Assembly (NCBI RefSeq): GCF_000143415.4
Contig: NW_003314285.1
Location: 523,370-587,369, forward strand
Source: Selaginella moellendorffii
Taxonomy: Eukaryota; Plantae; Lycopodiophyta
Length of the DNA: 64,000 nucleotides
Direction: 5' to 3'
In this document: piece by piece, positions 52,278 through 64,000 of the stretch
Layout: every line of letters starts with the position of its first letter
Numbering within the stretch: position 1 is the stretch's first letter
The notes under the pieces: model-generated
Database searches by the model: none
The model's input: only the letters and a program-made list of their open reading frames with translations
Told to the model about the DNA's origin: nothing
Position numbers and translations under genes: made by a program

Positions 52278-53112
52278 CACCATGTCCCACAAGAGGTCCA
52301 TCATGACACTCTTCTAAGGCCACCTTCCTTAGTTCCCCTTCTGGAATATACACCCTTGTTTGCTTGTAATAGATGAGTCCGTTGCATTTCACATAGCCCG
52401 TTTTCTCTTCTGTTGGCAGCTCACCTCTCTGGTGAGCTTCCTGTGCCTCTAGATTCCTCAGCAACACTTCTTGTGCTAGACTATCGTTCTCATATGCTGT
52501 CCGCACATCGTCCCAAAAGGTTGCTGTTGCGCAAGTATTGCCAATCTCAAGCTCGCTTTTCGACTTAGCGCATCCACCACAATATTGCTCTTCCAAGGCT
52601 TGTACAGAATCTCGCAATCAAACTCGGCCAAGGCATTGGCCCACCGACCCTGTTTCCCTCTCAGGTCAGGCTATGACAAGAAGTGTTTCGTTGGCACATT
52701 GTCCGTGTAAACCTTGAAGTGTCTCCCAAGGTAGTGTCGCCACTCCTTGAGTGCCTTGACCACCGCAAACAATTCCTTCTCATGGGCAGGCCACTTCTGT
52801 TGAGCCTTGTCCAACTTCTTTGAGAAGAACGCTACTAGATGGTTGTTTTGCTTCAAAACTGCGCCCAACGCAAAGTCCGAAGCATCCGTTTCTACCTCAA
52901 AGTCCTTACCAAAGTCTGGTAATGCCAGCACGGGAGCCTTCCTCAACTTCCCTTTGAGGTGGACAAATGCCATCTCGCATTCTGCTGTCCATACCATCTT
53001 CCCTTTTCCTGTTTGGTCCATTAAGGGCAGGGCTACTCTCAAATAGTGTCTAATAAACTTTCGGTAGTAGTTGCATAGCCCCAAGAATGCCCTCAACTCA
53101 TGTACATTCGAT
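52278..53112 (-). mobile_element. Ty3/gypsy pol fragment (RT end, RNase H, start of integrase Zn finger)
   Basis: LRAFLGLCNYYRKFI, FEVETDASDFALGAVL, EKELFAVVKALKEWRHYL and CHDGPLVGHGG. Confidence 0.92.
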
Positions 53113-53115
53113 AAT

Positions 53116-55962
53116 TGTAAGCCACAAATTTTTCCTTTCCAATTTGCCAGCTTACCTCGTCTATCCGACCAACACTGCCTTGGCTTGTGGTAAGTTCCCT
53201 TGCCAAGGTTCCCGCCTATTGTACTAGCTCCTACTTGGTCCTACTTGGTCTCAGCTACTCACTGCACAAGCAACGGAACATTAGCCATCCATCCACGGAT
53301 TCCCAAATCTCTCCCAATCCCCCTCCCTGGGTTAGACTGGACATAAGGTTCGGCTACACTCCCCACAGGCACAAGCAGTGAAGCACACCAAGCCTCTAGG
53401 TTCCTAACACCCCTTGGTACAACAAGACTTGATCATGGGACCCTCTAAATCCCAAGCCTTGGGTGCAACACTTGCTCTGGGACATCAAGGTGAAACACCG
53501 TGGCCTAACGGCCCGGTATGGGTACCTCTACCCCCGCACTTCCATCCCGAAGGGAAGGCCCAAGCCTCTAGGAAGGGCGAGGACCAATAAGCCACAAGGT
53601 ACTCAAGTGGGGCACCACTCCACATGAGCTGGGAGCACCGCAGTCAGTTTCCCTTTCGGGAGTGGGAGCTGCTCTCAAGCACTTCCCTGGGTGGCCCCTC
53701 CGGCACCACCCAAGCCCATGCTCACTCCCACCCAAGGCCCCTGGGCCCCAGTCTCAACCTCAAGTCAGTTTGGAAGCACCACTGAAGAGTTCCTTCAAGA
53801 CTGGTTCCTGGACCTCACTATCCCTACTATACTTTTGGAACCCCCTGCAGCCCCCCCCCCCCCGGGAGACGCACGCTTTGGGCTTTCACCCCTTGACCCT
53901 ATATAGTATTTGAACTTAGTCTTAGATTCAGAGGTCGGGATTCGGTCTCAGACTCAATCTCGGACTCGATCTCGGACCCGATCTCGGACCCGATTTCGGA
54001 CTCGACTTCGGACTCGACCTTGGACTCGGTCTCGGACCCGATTTGGATCTCGGACTCCGTCTCGAACTCGGTCTCGATCTCGGTCTCCGATTCGGCCTTG
54101 GCTCGATCACTGACTCTATCTCGAACTCGGTCTCAGAGTCGGTCTTGGACTCAATCTTCAATTTGGTCCCATCCGATGAACTCTTTGTCATTTCGGTCAA
54201 GCTTTCGGGGATCCTTTAGCCTACAACATCTCAGGGAGTCGGTTCTTTACAACTCCACCACCCATAGAAGAAGTTCGATGCCCACATCGAACGTCTCTTT
54301 TTATCCTACGACTTGTTGACCATGTCTCTGGGGGCATCCCCCCACTTAGCGGTGTGCCTAAGTTAGCCTCCCCGGTCAAGAGCCCATGACAACGGAATAT
54401 AGGTGTCCCTATACCCCTCACCTCACCACGCCCTAGTATGGGGTCGGGACTTGAACCCAGCCTTGCTTTACTAGGGGGTTGGGACTCGAACCCAACCTCC
54501 GTAGAATACGTCTACGGATTCAACATCCCTGCGGGGAGTCAGGCGTAGTGCCCTACGCCTGGTCGACCTAGCAGACCCATGCTAATTAGCTTACCTTCAG
54601 CGCGCCTTCGGGTCCCAACATATGCCACTTGCTCAACTTTGCAAATTGATATTTTAATTGAACTTTGCATAAGTACATAGAGTTCTGCTTTGCAGAAATT
54701 CCTCCACTAGATCTTGCGTGTTCGCTAGGTTCTTCTCCAGTTCCCATGTTGCCTCACAGTGTGGAAATCCTTTCCACTTCACATGGAACTCTCTCACCTT
54801 GCGTCTTTGTCGCTTGCTCTTGTGCGCATTGAGGATGGCCTCGACTTCGTATTCCTCTTCCCCTTGGATAACCTCAGGTAAAGGTCTCACTTGGTCCTTG
54901 CGAAGTGGATCCTCAAAGTACGGCTTGAGTAAGTTCACGTGGAACACTGGGTGCATCTTCCCCATCTCTCGAGGAAGTCGGAGATGGTAAGCCACTTTAC
55001 TGATTCGTGCCTCAATCTTGTAAGGCCCCACAAACCTGCTTAAGGAACTCAAGATCAATTCATTTATAGGAATACATGCATTTTTACCTTTGGGTCAACT
55101 TTCGGCTGATCCCACTTGGTAGCTTGAGGTTCTTGGTGTTCAGCCACACCTTCTCCCCAGCTTGGAACTCTACATCCCGACACTTCTGGTTCGCGTACTT
55201 GGTTTGCCTTTGTTGAGCCCCTTCCAAGGAATCCCTCACTAGATTCCAAATGCTAAATCTTTCCGCCGTGAATGCCTCCACTGCGGGTAGCTCTCCATAA
55301 TACTCGGCCACGCCGAGTTCCACAGGACCTTCAATAGCTTGCCCATTGATGACTTCCCATGGACTCACCCCGATACTCGAATGTGGTGAGTTGTTATAAC
55401 ACATTTCCGCAAGTCCCAAATGACTTACCCAATCGGTCTGGTCTCCCGAGACATAGCATCGCAAATAATCCTTCAGCTACCTATTCACCCTTTCCATTTG
55501 CCCATCTGTCAAGAAGTGTTAGTGCCATCAAACTTGACTTAATACCCAATACCTGTCTATGGGTGATAGGCTGTGCTGAATTTCAACTTGGTGCGATACT
55601 ATTCCAGGAGAGTTCTCTAGAACCTACTAGTGAAGATCTTATCTTTATCTGAGATAATCTCTTCCGGCCTTCCCCGCACTCAAACCACTTGTTCGAAGAA
55701 TAGCTTCGCCACACCTTCCGCATCCACTTCCGTTGTGGGTATGAAATATGCCATTTTCGAAAATCGGTTCACCACCACAAATACCGCATCAAACCCCTCG
55801 CTTGGGGGGAGTCCCGTGATGAAGTCCATCGTAAGACATTTCCACGGACGATCTGGAATTGGGATGCTTTGCAACAAGCCCCCACTAGCCTTAGTCACGG
55901 CTTTGACCTGCTGACATGTTGGACATGTCTTTACATAGTCTTGGACGTCCTTAGCCATATCT
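53116..55962 (-). mobile_element. Chromovirus 3' half: integrase core, chromodomain, 3' UTR and LTR (about 54340-53116, with hexamer repeats at 53935-54160)
   Basis: MAKDVQDYVKTCPTCQ, LTMDFITGLP, VVVNRFSKMAYF, GPYKI...MHPVFHVNLLKPY and EEYEVEAIL...FHVKWKGFPHCEATWE. The LTR ends in CTTACA on the minus strand. Confidence 0.88.
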
Positions 55963-56714
55963 GGCTGGTCCAGTTCCCACTGGGCTCGACCCGACCCGAG
56001 GGGTAGGGTGTCAAGAGAGCAGGGCTCTCAGAAGAGCTGCGGCTCTCAACTTCTGTTCACGAGGGCGTGAACTTGCAGGGAAGCGTGGTGGATTGTAAGT
56101 AACCAAAGAGAACGACTTGAGAGACGGTCCATGGGGTTCAAATATAAAGGGAAAGGGCCTATGAATAAAAGTGCACCTCTTTTTCCAATCGGTTAAGGGT
56201 CTTGGGATATTTGGGGTTAAGCATCCTTGGGTTTGAATAGTACTGGGCTGGGTGACCTCCCGGGAAGTCCAAACTTAGGAGCTTACATTTGGTATCAGAG
56301 CACGGTCTTGGGTCCGACTCTATTGGTTGGCTAAGGGAATCACACCATTTGTTGATTGACATCTGGCTGGTCCAATTTGCTCCCGCTGGGCTCGACCCGA
56401 GGGGTAGGGTGTCAAGAGAGCCTCGAGGGGTAGGGTGTTAAGAGAGCGAGGCTCTCGGGAGAGTTGCGGCTCTCAGCTTCCGTTCATGAGGGCGTAAACT
56501 TGCAGGGAAGCATGGTGGATTGTAAGCAACCAAAGGGAACGACTCGAGAGACGGTCCATGGGGTTCAAATATAAAGGGAAAGGGCCCATGAACAAGAGTG
56601 CACCCCTTTTTCCAATCGGTTAAGGGTCTTGGGATATTTGGGGTTAAGTGTCCTTGGGTTTGAATAGTACTGGGCTGGGTGACCTCTCGGGAAGTCCAAA
56701 CTCAGGAGCTTACA
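55958..56714 (+). mobile_element. Cassandra-type TRIM, tandem (partial internal-LTR-internal-LTR), with 5S rRNA-derived LTR cores
   Basis: Two 194-bp LTRs at 56094-56287 and 56521-56714 (TGTAAG...CTTACA). PBS TGGTATCAGAGC at 56290. A purine tract precedes each LTR. 5S-like GTTAAGCATCCTTGGGTTTGAATAGTACTGGGCTGGGTGACCTCCCGGGAAGTCC at about 56216-56270 and 56643-56697. Confidence 0.88.
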
Positions 56715-57130
56715 AAGCTCCACACCATGCTAACTAGTGGAGTACCCATGTCCTCGTGTTAGGCCACCGGTATGCCAAAATAGCGCCATACTCCATTTGG
56801 CTCCGTTTTGCGTGCTGGTTCTAGCATTGGGATGTTGGTTACTCTAGGACTGTTCTAAGTCACTCCGGGCTCCTGTCCCTACGCTCCTTGGCTGCATGCT
56901 CAGGAGTTGCTCCGTGGTTTGGTTCTATCACTCCTTGGCTCCGTGCTTGGGTGTTTTGGCACCGTTCCTTCGTTCAGTGGCCCAAGGCCTTGAACCTTGG
57001 GTTCCACACCATTGTCCTTTGGACACGTGGCATATGACATGTGGCATGTGTCATGTGGCATAAAAAAGGTTTAGGTTCTGCTTCATGGTGTTATCTTATG
57101 GTAAATCACTATAGGATAAAGGGTCAAAAC

Positions 57131-58884
57131 TGTAAGCGACTAAATTTTCCATTCTACTTTAGTCACTTAACCACACCTCCGACCACTTGGAGGAGTCTCA
57201 TTCACAACCTCCATAAGTCCAATCTAGGACTTGGGACTTGCTAGCCCTGAGAATGGCATCCATGCCACTCAACATTTGCACTTGGTCCAAGTGCTCCACG
57301 TGTCCGATCCCATGATCGACACTCAAAGGTACCACCGACATGCCAGCCCGTTACGCTAAGGCCATGCCCAATCACCTTTGCCACACTGGTAGTCCATTAT
57401 CACTTGCATCACAGTCTTGGCTCTCCAAGACTAGGCAAACCATCTGTGAGTGGTCATCTGAGATCCACTCCTTAACACCCTTAGGATGCCCACCGACAAG
57501 GGGAATAGCCTTCCCCAATATCCCTCTGTCAGTCCCCACTAAGTCCCTTTCTGCCCCTGGCTGTGTTTGCCAACACTGCCACTGGATTGAGACCCACAGG
57601 CCCGACCACCAAGTCCCACGGTCCTCTGGGACTTCCTCACCACACGACTGTGTCCTTGGTCACTACCCCAGAGGACTTCTCCTCTTCCTTTCCACAGTCT
57701 GGGCCTTTGGGGCAACATTTCGGAACACCGTGGCCTTACGCGAGCCACCTGGGTACTCTCCTCACCTTTTGCCCCTAGGTGCTCTAGCCATGGGCTTAGA
57801 GCGAGGTTCCGTTGAGCCACGCCTGGTATCCAAGTAGGTAGTGCCACCCACACTTGGACTGGGAGCATCGGCTAGTCGATCTCCCGGGGGAACTAGAGCC
57901 GGCTCTTGAACACTTCACCAAGCTACCCCGCTTGTCAGTCCGTGTTCACTCTAGTCTTGGACTTCCCAGTGGGCAGCTCATCACCCAACACTGGGTCCGG
58001 CCTTCCTGGGCCAAACTGGCCTTTCCTGGCCAAACTGGCTCTACTGCAGTCCTCCCCCCTACTATACTTTTGGAGCTCACCAAACCCCCTAGGGTCTGGG
58101 AGACGAACGCTTTGGGCTTTCACCCTCTCAGGCTCCGGACTCGGACTCGAACTCGGACTCGGACTTGGACTCGGACTCGGACTCGGATTCGGACTCGGAC
58201 TCAGGCTCGGGCTCGGTCTCGGCCTCGGCCTCGGTCTCGGTCTCGGTCCTGATCTTGGTCTCGGTCTCGGTCTCGGTCCCGGTCTTGGTCCCGGTCTCGG
58301 TCTCGACTTCGGACTCCATCTCGGACTCCATTTCGGACTCCATCTCGGACTCCATCTCGGACTCCATCTCGGGTCCATCTCGGGTCCATCTCGGACTCCA
58401 TCTCGGACTCCATCTCGGGTCCATCTCGGACTCCATCTCGGACTCCATCTCGGGTCCATCTCGGACTCCATCTCGGACTCCATTTCGGGTCCATCTCGGG
58501 TCCACCTCGGACTCCATCTCGGACTCCATCTCGGACTCCATCTCGGGTCCATCTTGGACTCCACTTCGGACTCCAACTCGGGTCCATCTTGGGTCCACCT
58601 CGGACTCCATCTCGGACTCCACTTCGGACTCCAACTCGAGTCCATCTCGGACACTCCCACGTGTCATGTGTTGGTCCTTTTGGGTCCCTTTTTGGAGTCT
58701 CGCCTTTTGCTCGCTTCGTGCTCGTTCCTCGAGCTCTTTGTTGGGAGTTCCACTCCCGCTCTCAACCTTCCAAGTCGGAGCTTTTTAGTCCAAACGTGTT
58801 ACGCTCGTTTGGCTTTCGCTTCGGCCACTACCACATGGCACCCTTCCGGCTCCACTTTGGGGCCTAGGGATTTTGTGTCTCACA
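57131..58884. mobile_element. Solo LTR (family B, 1754 bp) with a 5-bp TSD
   Basis: TGTAAG...CTCACA termini flanked by AAAAC at 57126-57130 and 58885-58889. Removing it restores the family A LTR end. Confidence 0.85.
58135..58652. repeat. Minisatellite inside the LTR: (TCGGAC)n/(TCGGTC)n grading into 12-mers TCGGACTCCATC/TCGGGTCCATC
   Basis: Directly visible tandem units. Confidence 0.95.
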
Positions 58885-61800
58885 AAAACCAGGTGATATA
58901 TTTGGTATCAGAGGATGAGTCTCAGCGAGTGCTATCCAATGAAATTGGGCAACTAGTCTCATTGCATACACAAAGATGAAAACGATGATCCGAGTGGGTA
59001 CACGTTTGGGTGCAAAGGCTTCGCAAATGTTCCTTAGGTATGGATACCTTTTTGTACTGTGATAATGTGAGCTTGCTCTTGGGCTCATAAGATGAATTGA
59101 GGTGTTCTGTTTGCACGAGTTTTCGCTTGGGTGAGTGAGTGAGGCACATTAGCAACTCGAAGTTACACTTTGAGTTGGCAGGATTAATGTTAGCCTATCG
59201 GTGGTTCCATGAGTTGTTCCATATACCAAGGGTGAAAGTAAACCTTCCCTGGGTTTGCTATGAGTGGCAAATAGGTTGGTCCGTAGCTGTTTAGCACGGC
59301 ACTAGTGGATCCTTCCTAGGCATGATTATGGGTGAATTAATCAAGACTGTGGGGATTGGTCTATTAATTCAAGTAATCATTACCGTGCTCTCTCATAAAC
59401 TTTTAGGCAGTGCAAACGCAAGCTTGAGGTTTAGTCAAGATAAGGCCGGAAAGAGAGTCGTCAGAGACGAAGGATCAAACATGTAAATCATTTTCTCTTC
59501 TTGGAGAGAAGATTTGCAACGAGGTGTTAACTCATTGCTTGTGTTCACATCATGCAAACAAGAGTCCCTATCTTGATGCATGTTGGAGATGATGGTCTTA
59601 CAATATTGAGTTGTGGGATGGATAGCGGTGAAGTGCTATATTATTTTGTCTAGGCTTGCTATTGGAAGACTTGGGTTACAATGCTTAAATCTTTTCCGGG
59701 GAACCTTGCTATTGCTCCTTGAGTAACTTGGTGTTGAATTAGTTTTGAGTTTGGTCGGAAAGAGAGTGGCATGAGCTTGTCCATGTGTTGAACAAAAGTT
59801 AGTGGTGTTCAGTGTTGTAAATCTCTATCGGTGAAGTGTGGCATTTATATTACATTTTGTTGAATTGAGTTGACACTTGATACTTACGTAAACCTTGGTA
59901 GTAATGACATGGGCATTGCTCGTAGTGTTGCTCGATTGATGATCAAGTCATTGTGATACTCATATCATATCCATATGATAATGAGCAATGTATTTATGAA
60001 GTTGCTTGGTTAAACGATAATCAACCCCAAAGTGGTTGATGGTGAAGCTAGTCTACTTGCATGAAGTAGCATTGTAGTAGCCTTGACTAGATTCTTGATG
60101 GTGGTCCATTATGCTAAACTTAAGTAGGTACCTTGTTTCTTAGAGTTCGCCCATTAAGGTGTTGAAAAAGAGTTATAGCATTCATTTGCTATAACTTGTC
60201 GGTTGATCCATTAACACTTGGAGTAAATTGTTGGATGGAGAAGTTGTGTAGTTAAGGCATTAACATCACAAGCACTAGAGTTATTGGAAGTGGCATTGTT
60301 ATTTCGAGTGGTGAGGAATTTTCCTTAAAGCTTGATTTTCCATGTTATTTTTCTTGTTAGTGTTTTGGCTTCACACTGAATCTTGAAGGTGGTTGAAGAA
60401 GAGTGTTAGTGCAAAGGTGGATATCTGAAGATGTAGTTTTCGTGATCAAGCCTTGGATGTTCACTTTGCATTTTACGGATGTCGGTGTTGGATATCAATT
60501 ATATGGGTAAGATATTCAATGCTTAAGCATACTATGGGTCATGAAAATTTGTGTTGAGGTGAACCTATGTGAAGTAGTAGGTAGGAGGAAGTTGGTTGAG
60601 TCTTGAAAGTTTACATTTTTGGATTGAGAGTCATTCCTTCTCTAGGATGGAAAATTTTCCACAAATTTTCTTAGGCTTTTCCAATGGCTGATCTATTGAT
60701 CACTTTGCTCGAAAACCTTTCCATTTTCGTAAGCCAATACAAACTAGTGAAAGAGTTGGAGTTGACTTTAGTTGGCTTAAACCTTAATAAGTAGTTTGTA
60801 TGATGCAGCCCGAAAGGGATGCTGACTTTTGGGGCTAAAGCAATTGAGTTAGATAGAGTTTGGAGTTGGTATAAAAAAGTGGCCATTGCACTTTTCTAAG
60901 AAGGGTGACCCTTGTGCCTTTCTTCTATAGCATTTTGCTTGATGGTAGGTTGCACCTTGCATTTCGTTAAACTCTATGAGAGTAGTGAGCTCTCATTGAT
61001 CTGGACTTGGTCTTGGTGGTCTTATGCCTTGGTTAAGGATGGTGATGTCCAACTTACTTGTTTGAGGTTGAGATGTTGGTACCCATACTATAACTTTGTC
61101 TATGAAGAGGTTGTGTACCGATATGAGTCCATCTCCTGGTCTTCATTTTAGTTTTGACTAAGTGTTAATCGCATAGCTAGCCTCTTCAAGGCATGCTCAG
61201 AGTTAGTGGCTAAATGTTTTAGTGAGCTTATTGCGGTTGAGCTAGATTTGAGTGGTCATTTACTTTGTGCTTGTCTATGAACTTTTATCTCGTACCTGGG
61301 GTATCACATTCATATTAGACAAGTATATAACTTGATGATAAGAGTTGGTGTTTGGGTCTTGTGAAGGCAAGTTGAGGAGTGATTGTTAGTTGCTTTGCGA
61401 TTAGTGATTACTTGTAGACTTAGTTGAGGACTGTTGACACTTGCTTTGTTCAATGATGATTTAGCAGTGATGGGCTTGCTTTATCGGATAGTGTTGCGGA
61501 GGATCATGTCGTTAAACTTACATGGGTTTTTCATGTTGGCATATTGACTCTACTTCTGTTGATATCATTTGGTTGCATTTAGTCCATGGTGTTGGATTTC
61601 ATAGAGTCTTGGATGTGGTGATTCACTCCTTGAAGATGTGTTATCTGTAGCTAAGTATTGTTGAAGGATTAGTCTCGAATACTAAATATAGTATTTTCGA
61701 CTTTGGTTAGCATGGTTGCTGGAGAGCTTTGAGTGGTGATTCACTCTTGCTTTTTTCTAGCTTTGTTATGGTGTTAATAGCATTAAAGTGATGCCTTGTC

Positions 61801-63501
61801 GTTGACATTATTGATATTGAGATCTGAGTGAAATGAGATATCTTTCTAAGGATTGATATTGAGTTTCATTAGTTTTGATGAAGATAGTGTTGATGATTTG
61901 GCTTCTTTGTGTTATTGGCATTCATACATTTGCTAATTAGCAACTGTGTTGACGTTTAAATGAACTGAGTGGCAAGTTGAGTTAGTTGTGTTCTTGATAA
62001 GATTGTTTAGTAGGGGATGAGCTTTAGCTTTTCCTTGAAACATGATTTAGTCGTGACCTATACTAACTTTACGAGAGGATAAGTTAGTGATTGATATTGA
62101 ATATTTGAATCTTTATTAGATTTGAGTTGGAATATATTGATCATTGATGATTTCTTTTGTGCTTGTTACGATGTGCGTTACGTCTTGCTATAGATGGATT
62201 CATGGAGGATCGTTTGATGATCACTTGTTAAGCATAGCTTTGTTATGCTTAGCTTTTGGATTGATGCAAAAATGCTCTTCATTAGCTTTGGCATTATGAA
62301 ATTTGGTTTATGGATGTGTTGAGAAAGATATTGTGGGTTGCACCATGATTTCTTCTTTAGCATTGAAGTTAGTTTCTATGAGACTTGTGATCATTATTAG
62401 GCAAGACTTGGCTATAGCCTTCTTCGAGCTTTTGGTTCCTTGAATTTTCATGCTTATGGTCCATTTGTTAGAAGTTGTTGGGGAAGGCATTTTGGTTTGT
62501 TAGCTTCGATGTTGAAGTTAGTATTTGCATCTAGCAATCATTGGTGATGCTTGACTATCATCTAGGATAGTTGATTATCCTTGTCAAAAGTTTTGCTTGA
62601 TTATTGTTGGTATAGAATGATTTGCCATTCTTCGGGATGGTGGAGTCCTTAGCCTATAATTCTACATCTCTTTATTGATGGGATGATTGATGATCTTTCA
62701 TGATGGTTAGTTGATCTTTTGGATGGCTTATGGGTTTTTCGCAATACCACATGTTCTTTGTGTTTTGCTCTGGATTGGTCTCTTGGGTTTGAGATATCGA
62801 TAGGATGTTGCTGACACTTGCTTAAGCAACTCTGTTTCCTTGGTATTGTTGATTAGGATCTATTCAGATTGAGTTGTGTGATGGTTGGCATGACTAAATG
62901 TTTGTTGGTCTTACCACATTCATTTTGTTTTGTTGATTGTTGTTCGAGTTAGTCCTGATAGATTAGGATGTTATTTCCTTTGGGTGATACGTTCGCGAGC
63001 ATTGTGCTTGTCGGTTAAGGATACTTTGTGTTCTTTGAGTTATCTTTCGTAAGTTGTTTAGCATACTGTCTACAATCTTCGGTAGTTAAGTTTTCTCATT
63101 AAGTTTACTTGATGATATACTTGCTATTGAATTTTGTTGAATGGTGAATCCTTTGTTTTCCAAAGATAGTGATCTTGGTGGTTCTTATACTGTAATACTA
63201 GTTTATCGGATAATAACTTACTTGGAATACTTTTGTGTTCTAATCTAAGCTTTATTTACTGATAATTAAATCTCTAAGATATCATTGTATATGACTTTGA
63301 TATTGTCCATTTATTGATCGTTGGGTTTGGGCTAGTATAGGCAGACTGGCTTCGGCACTTCGTGTGCATGATGAAATCTTTAGTTATGGGGTAGCTACTG
63401 TCGACTGGTCACATAACCCGCCTCTCTGTCGATGTTCCTTATTCCATTCAAAGGGCGTGACCGTGTAAACAACTCTAACTACCTGTTTACAGTAGTCTAT
63501 C

Positions 63502-63608
63502 TAAACCTTACCTGAATTGGACTTAAGGAGGTTGTGAATAAGACTCCTCCAAGTGGTTAGAGGTGTGGTTAAGTGACTAAAGTAGAATGGAAAAATTAGT
63601 CGCTTACA
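63502..63608 (-). repeat. Inverted fragment of the family B LTR terminus
   Basis: Reverse complement of about 57131-57230 (tgtaagcgactaa...ttccattctactttagtcacttaaccacacctc). Confidence 0.85.
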
Positions 63609-64000
63609 GTTGGCCACTAGTATTATCAGTGTTTTCCAAATTGGTATCCTCTATTTTTTGGGTGGAGGCCTTGGCATCAATGTTGTCTTGTTGGTGTTGC
63701 TATAGTGGAAGGTCTGGATATTGATATTTTTTTGGGAAATAAGGAGTCACACGAGTAGTGGAGTCATTAACATTATTTTTCATTTAATCTAAGGATTGTA
63801 AATAGATTTTAAAGTGTTATTGACAACTCCTCTAGTTTTGCCATATCCTAACTACATTTGACCTTTCATTTTGTGTGTGGATGCTTTGGATATTAAGCTT
63901 GGGGATGTCTTAATGCAAGAGAGCAAAAGCATGCTTGGTCAATGTCATTCTGTTGTATATATTAGTTGTATATTATAATTAGTGGAGGTGAACTACTACA

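Larger units (their letters stand above)
51503..63501 (+). mobile_element. LTR retroelement family A, copy 2, with nested insertions in its 5' LTR; 3' end lost
   Basis: LTR begins TGTAGCGCAC at 51503, with pieces at 51503-52277, 56715-57130 and 58885-58900. PBS TGGTATCAGAG at 58903. Internal 58900-63501 is collinear with 32510-36500. Confidence 0.78.

Noticed and set aside
56216-56270. 5S rRNA gene
   Set aside because: Only the internal promoter part is present, embedded in LTRs. The 5' part and the terminator are lacking.
58135-58652. Possible CRISPR-like array
   Set aside because: The units are contiguous with no unique spacers, there are no cas genes, and the context is a eukaryotic LTR.
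57906-58979. Long ORFs on both strands (GLGLGL, SDSDSD, RWSPRWSP)
   Set aside because: They are artefacts of a stop-free hexamer/12-mer minisatellite inside a solo LTR. The same applies to 53910-54319.
57131-63608. About 100-bp terminal inverted repeats suggesting a DNA transposon or DIRS element
   Set aside because: The left arm belongs to a solo LTR with its own TSD, and the right arm is a truncated inverted LTR copy. No shared TSD flanks the pair.

Overview
Eukaryotic plant DNA with compact genes and very short (about 50-90 bp) GT-AG introns, most consistent with a lycophyte such as Selaginella (inferred from style, not proven). 1-10 kb is gene-dense: EHD, an LRR receptor kinase, a mitochondrial carrier, VPS26C, SAUR and a BTB-NPH3 gene. 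10-22 kb is a tandemly duplicated module holding germin-like genes, a tRNA-Asp, carrier pseudogenes and five copies (two intact) of an intronless, secreted, bacterial-toxin-like His-Me (Endonuclease_NS_2-type) nuclease. After an 840-N gap come a truncated CYP88A/KAO pseudogene, a decayed Crinkler-type NTPase+REase gene and a degenerate LTR element. 39-49 kb holds LOLITA, SYF2, a PLS-type PPR gene and a full-size ABCG/PDR transporter. 51.5-64 kb is a retroelement nest: a second copy of the degenerate LTR element, chromovirus pol fragments, a solo LTR with a TSD, and a Cassandra-type TRIM whose LTRs carry a 5S rRNA internal promoter. The most interesting items are the secreted nuclease array, the Crinkler-like gene and the Cassandra element. 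All family assignments come from motif recognition by eye, with no database searches run.
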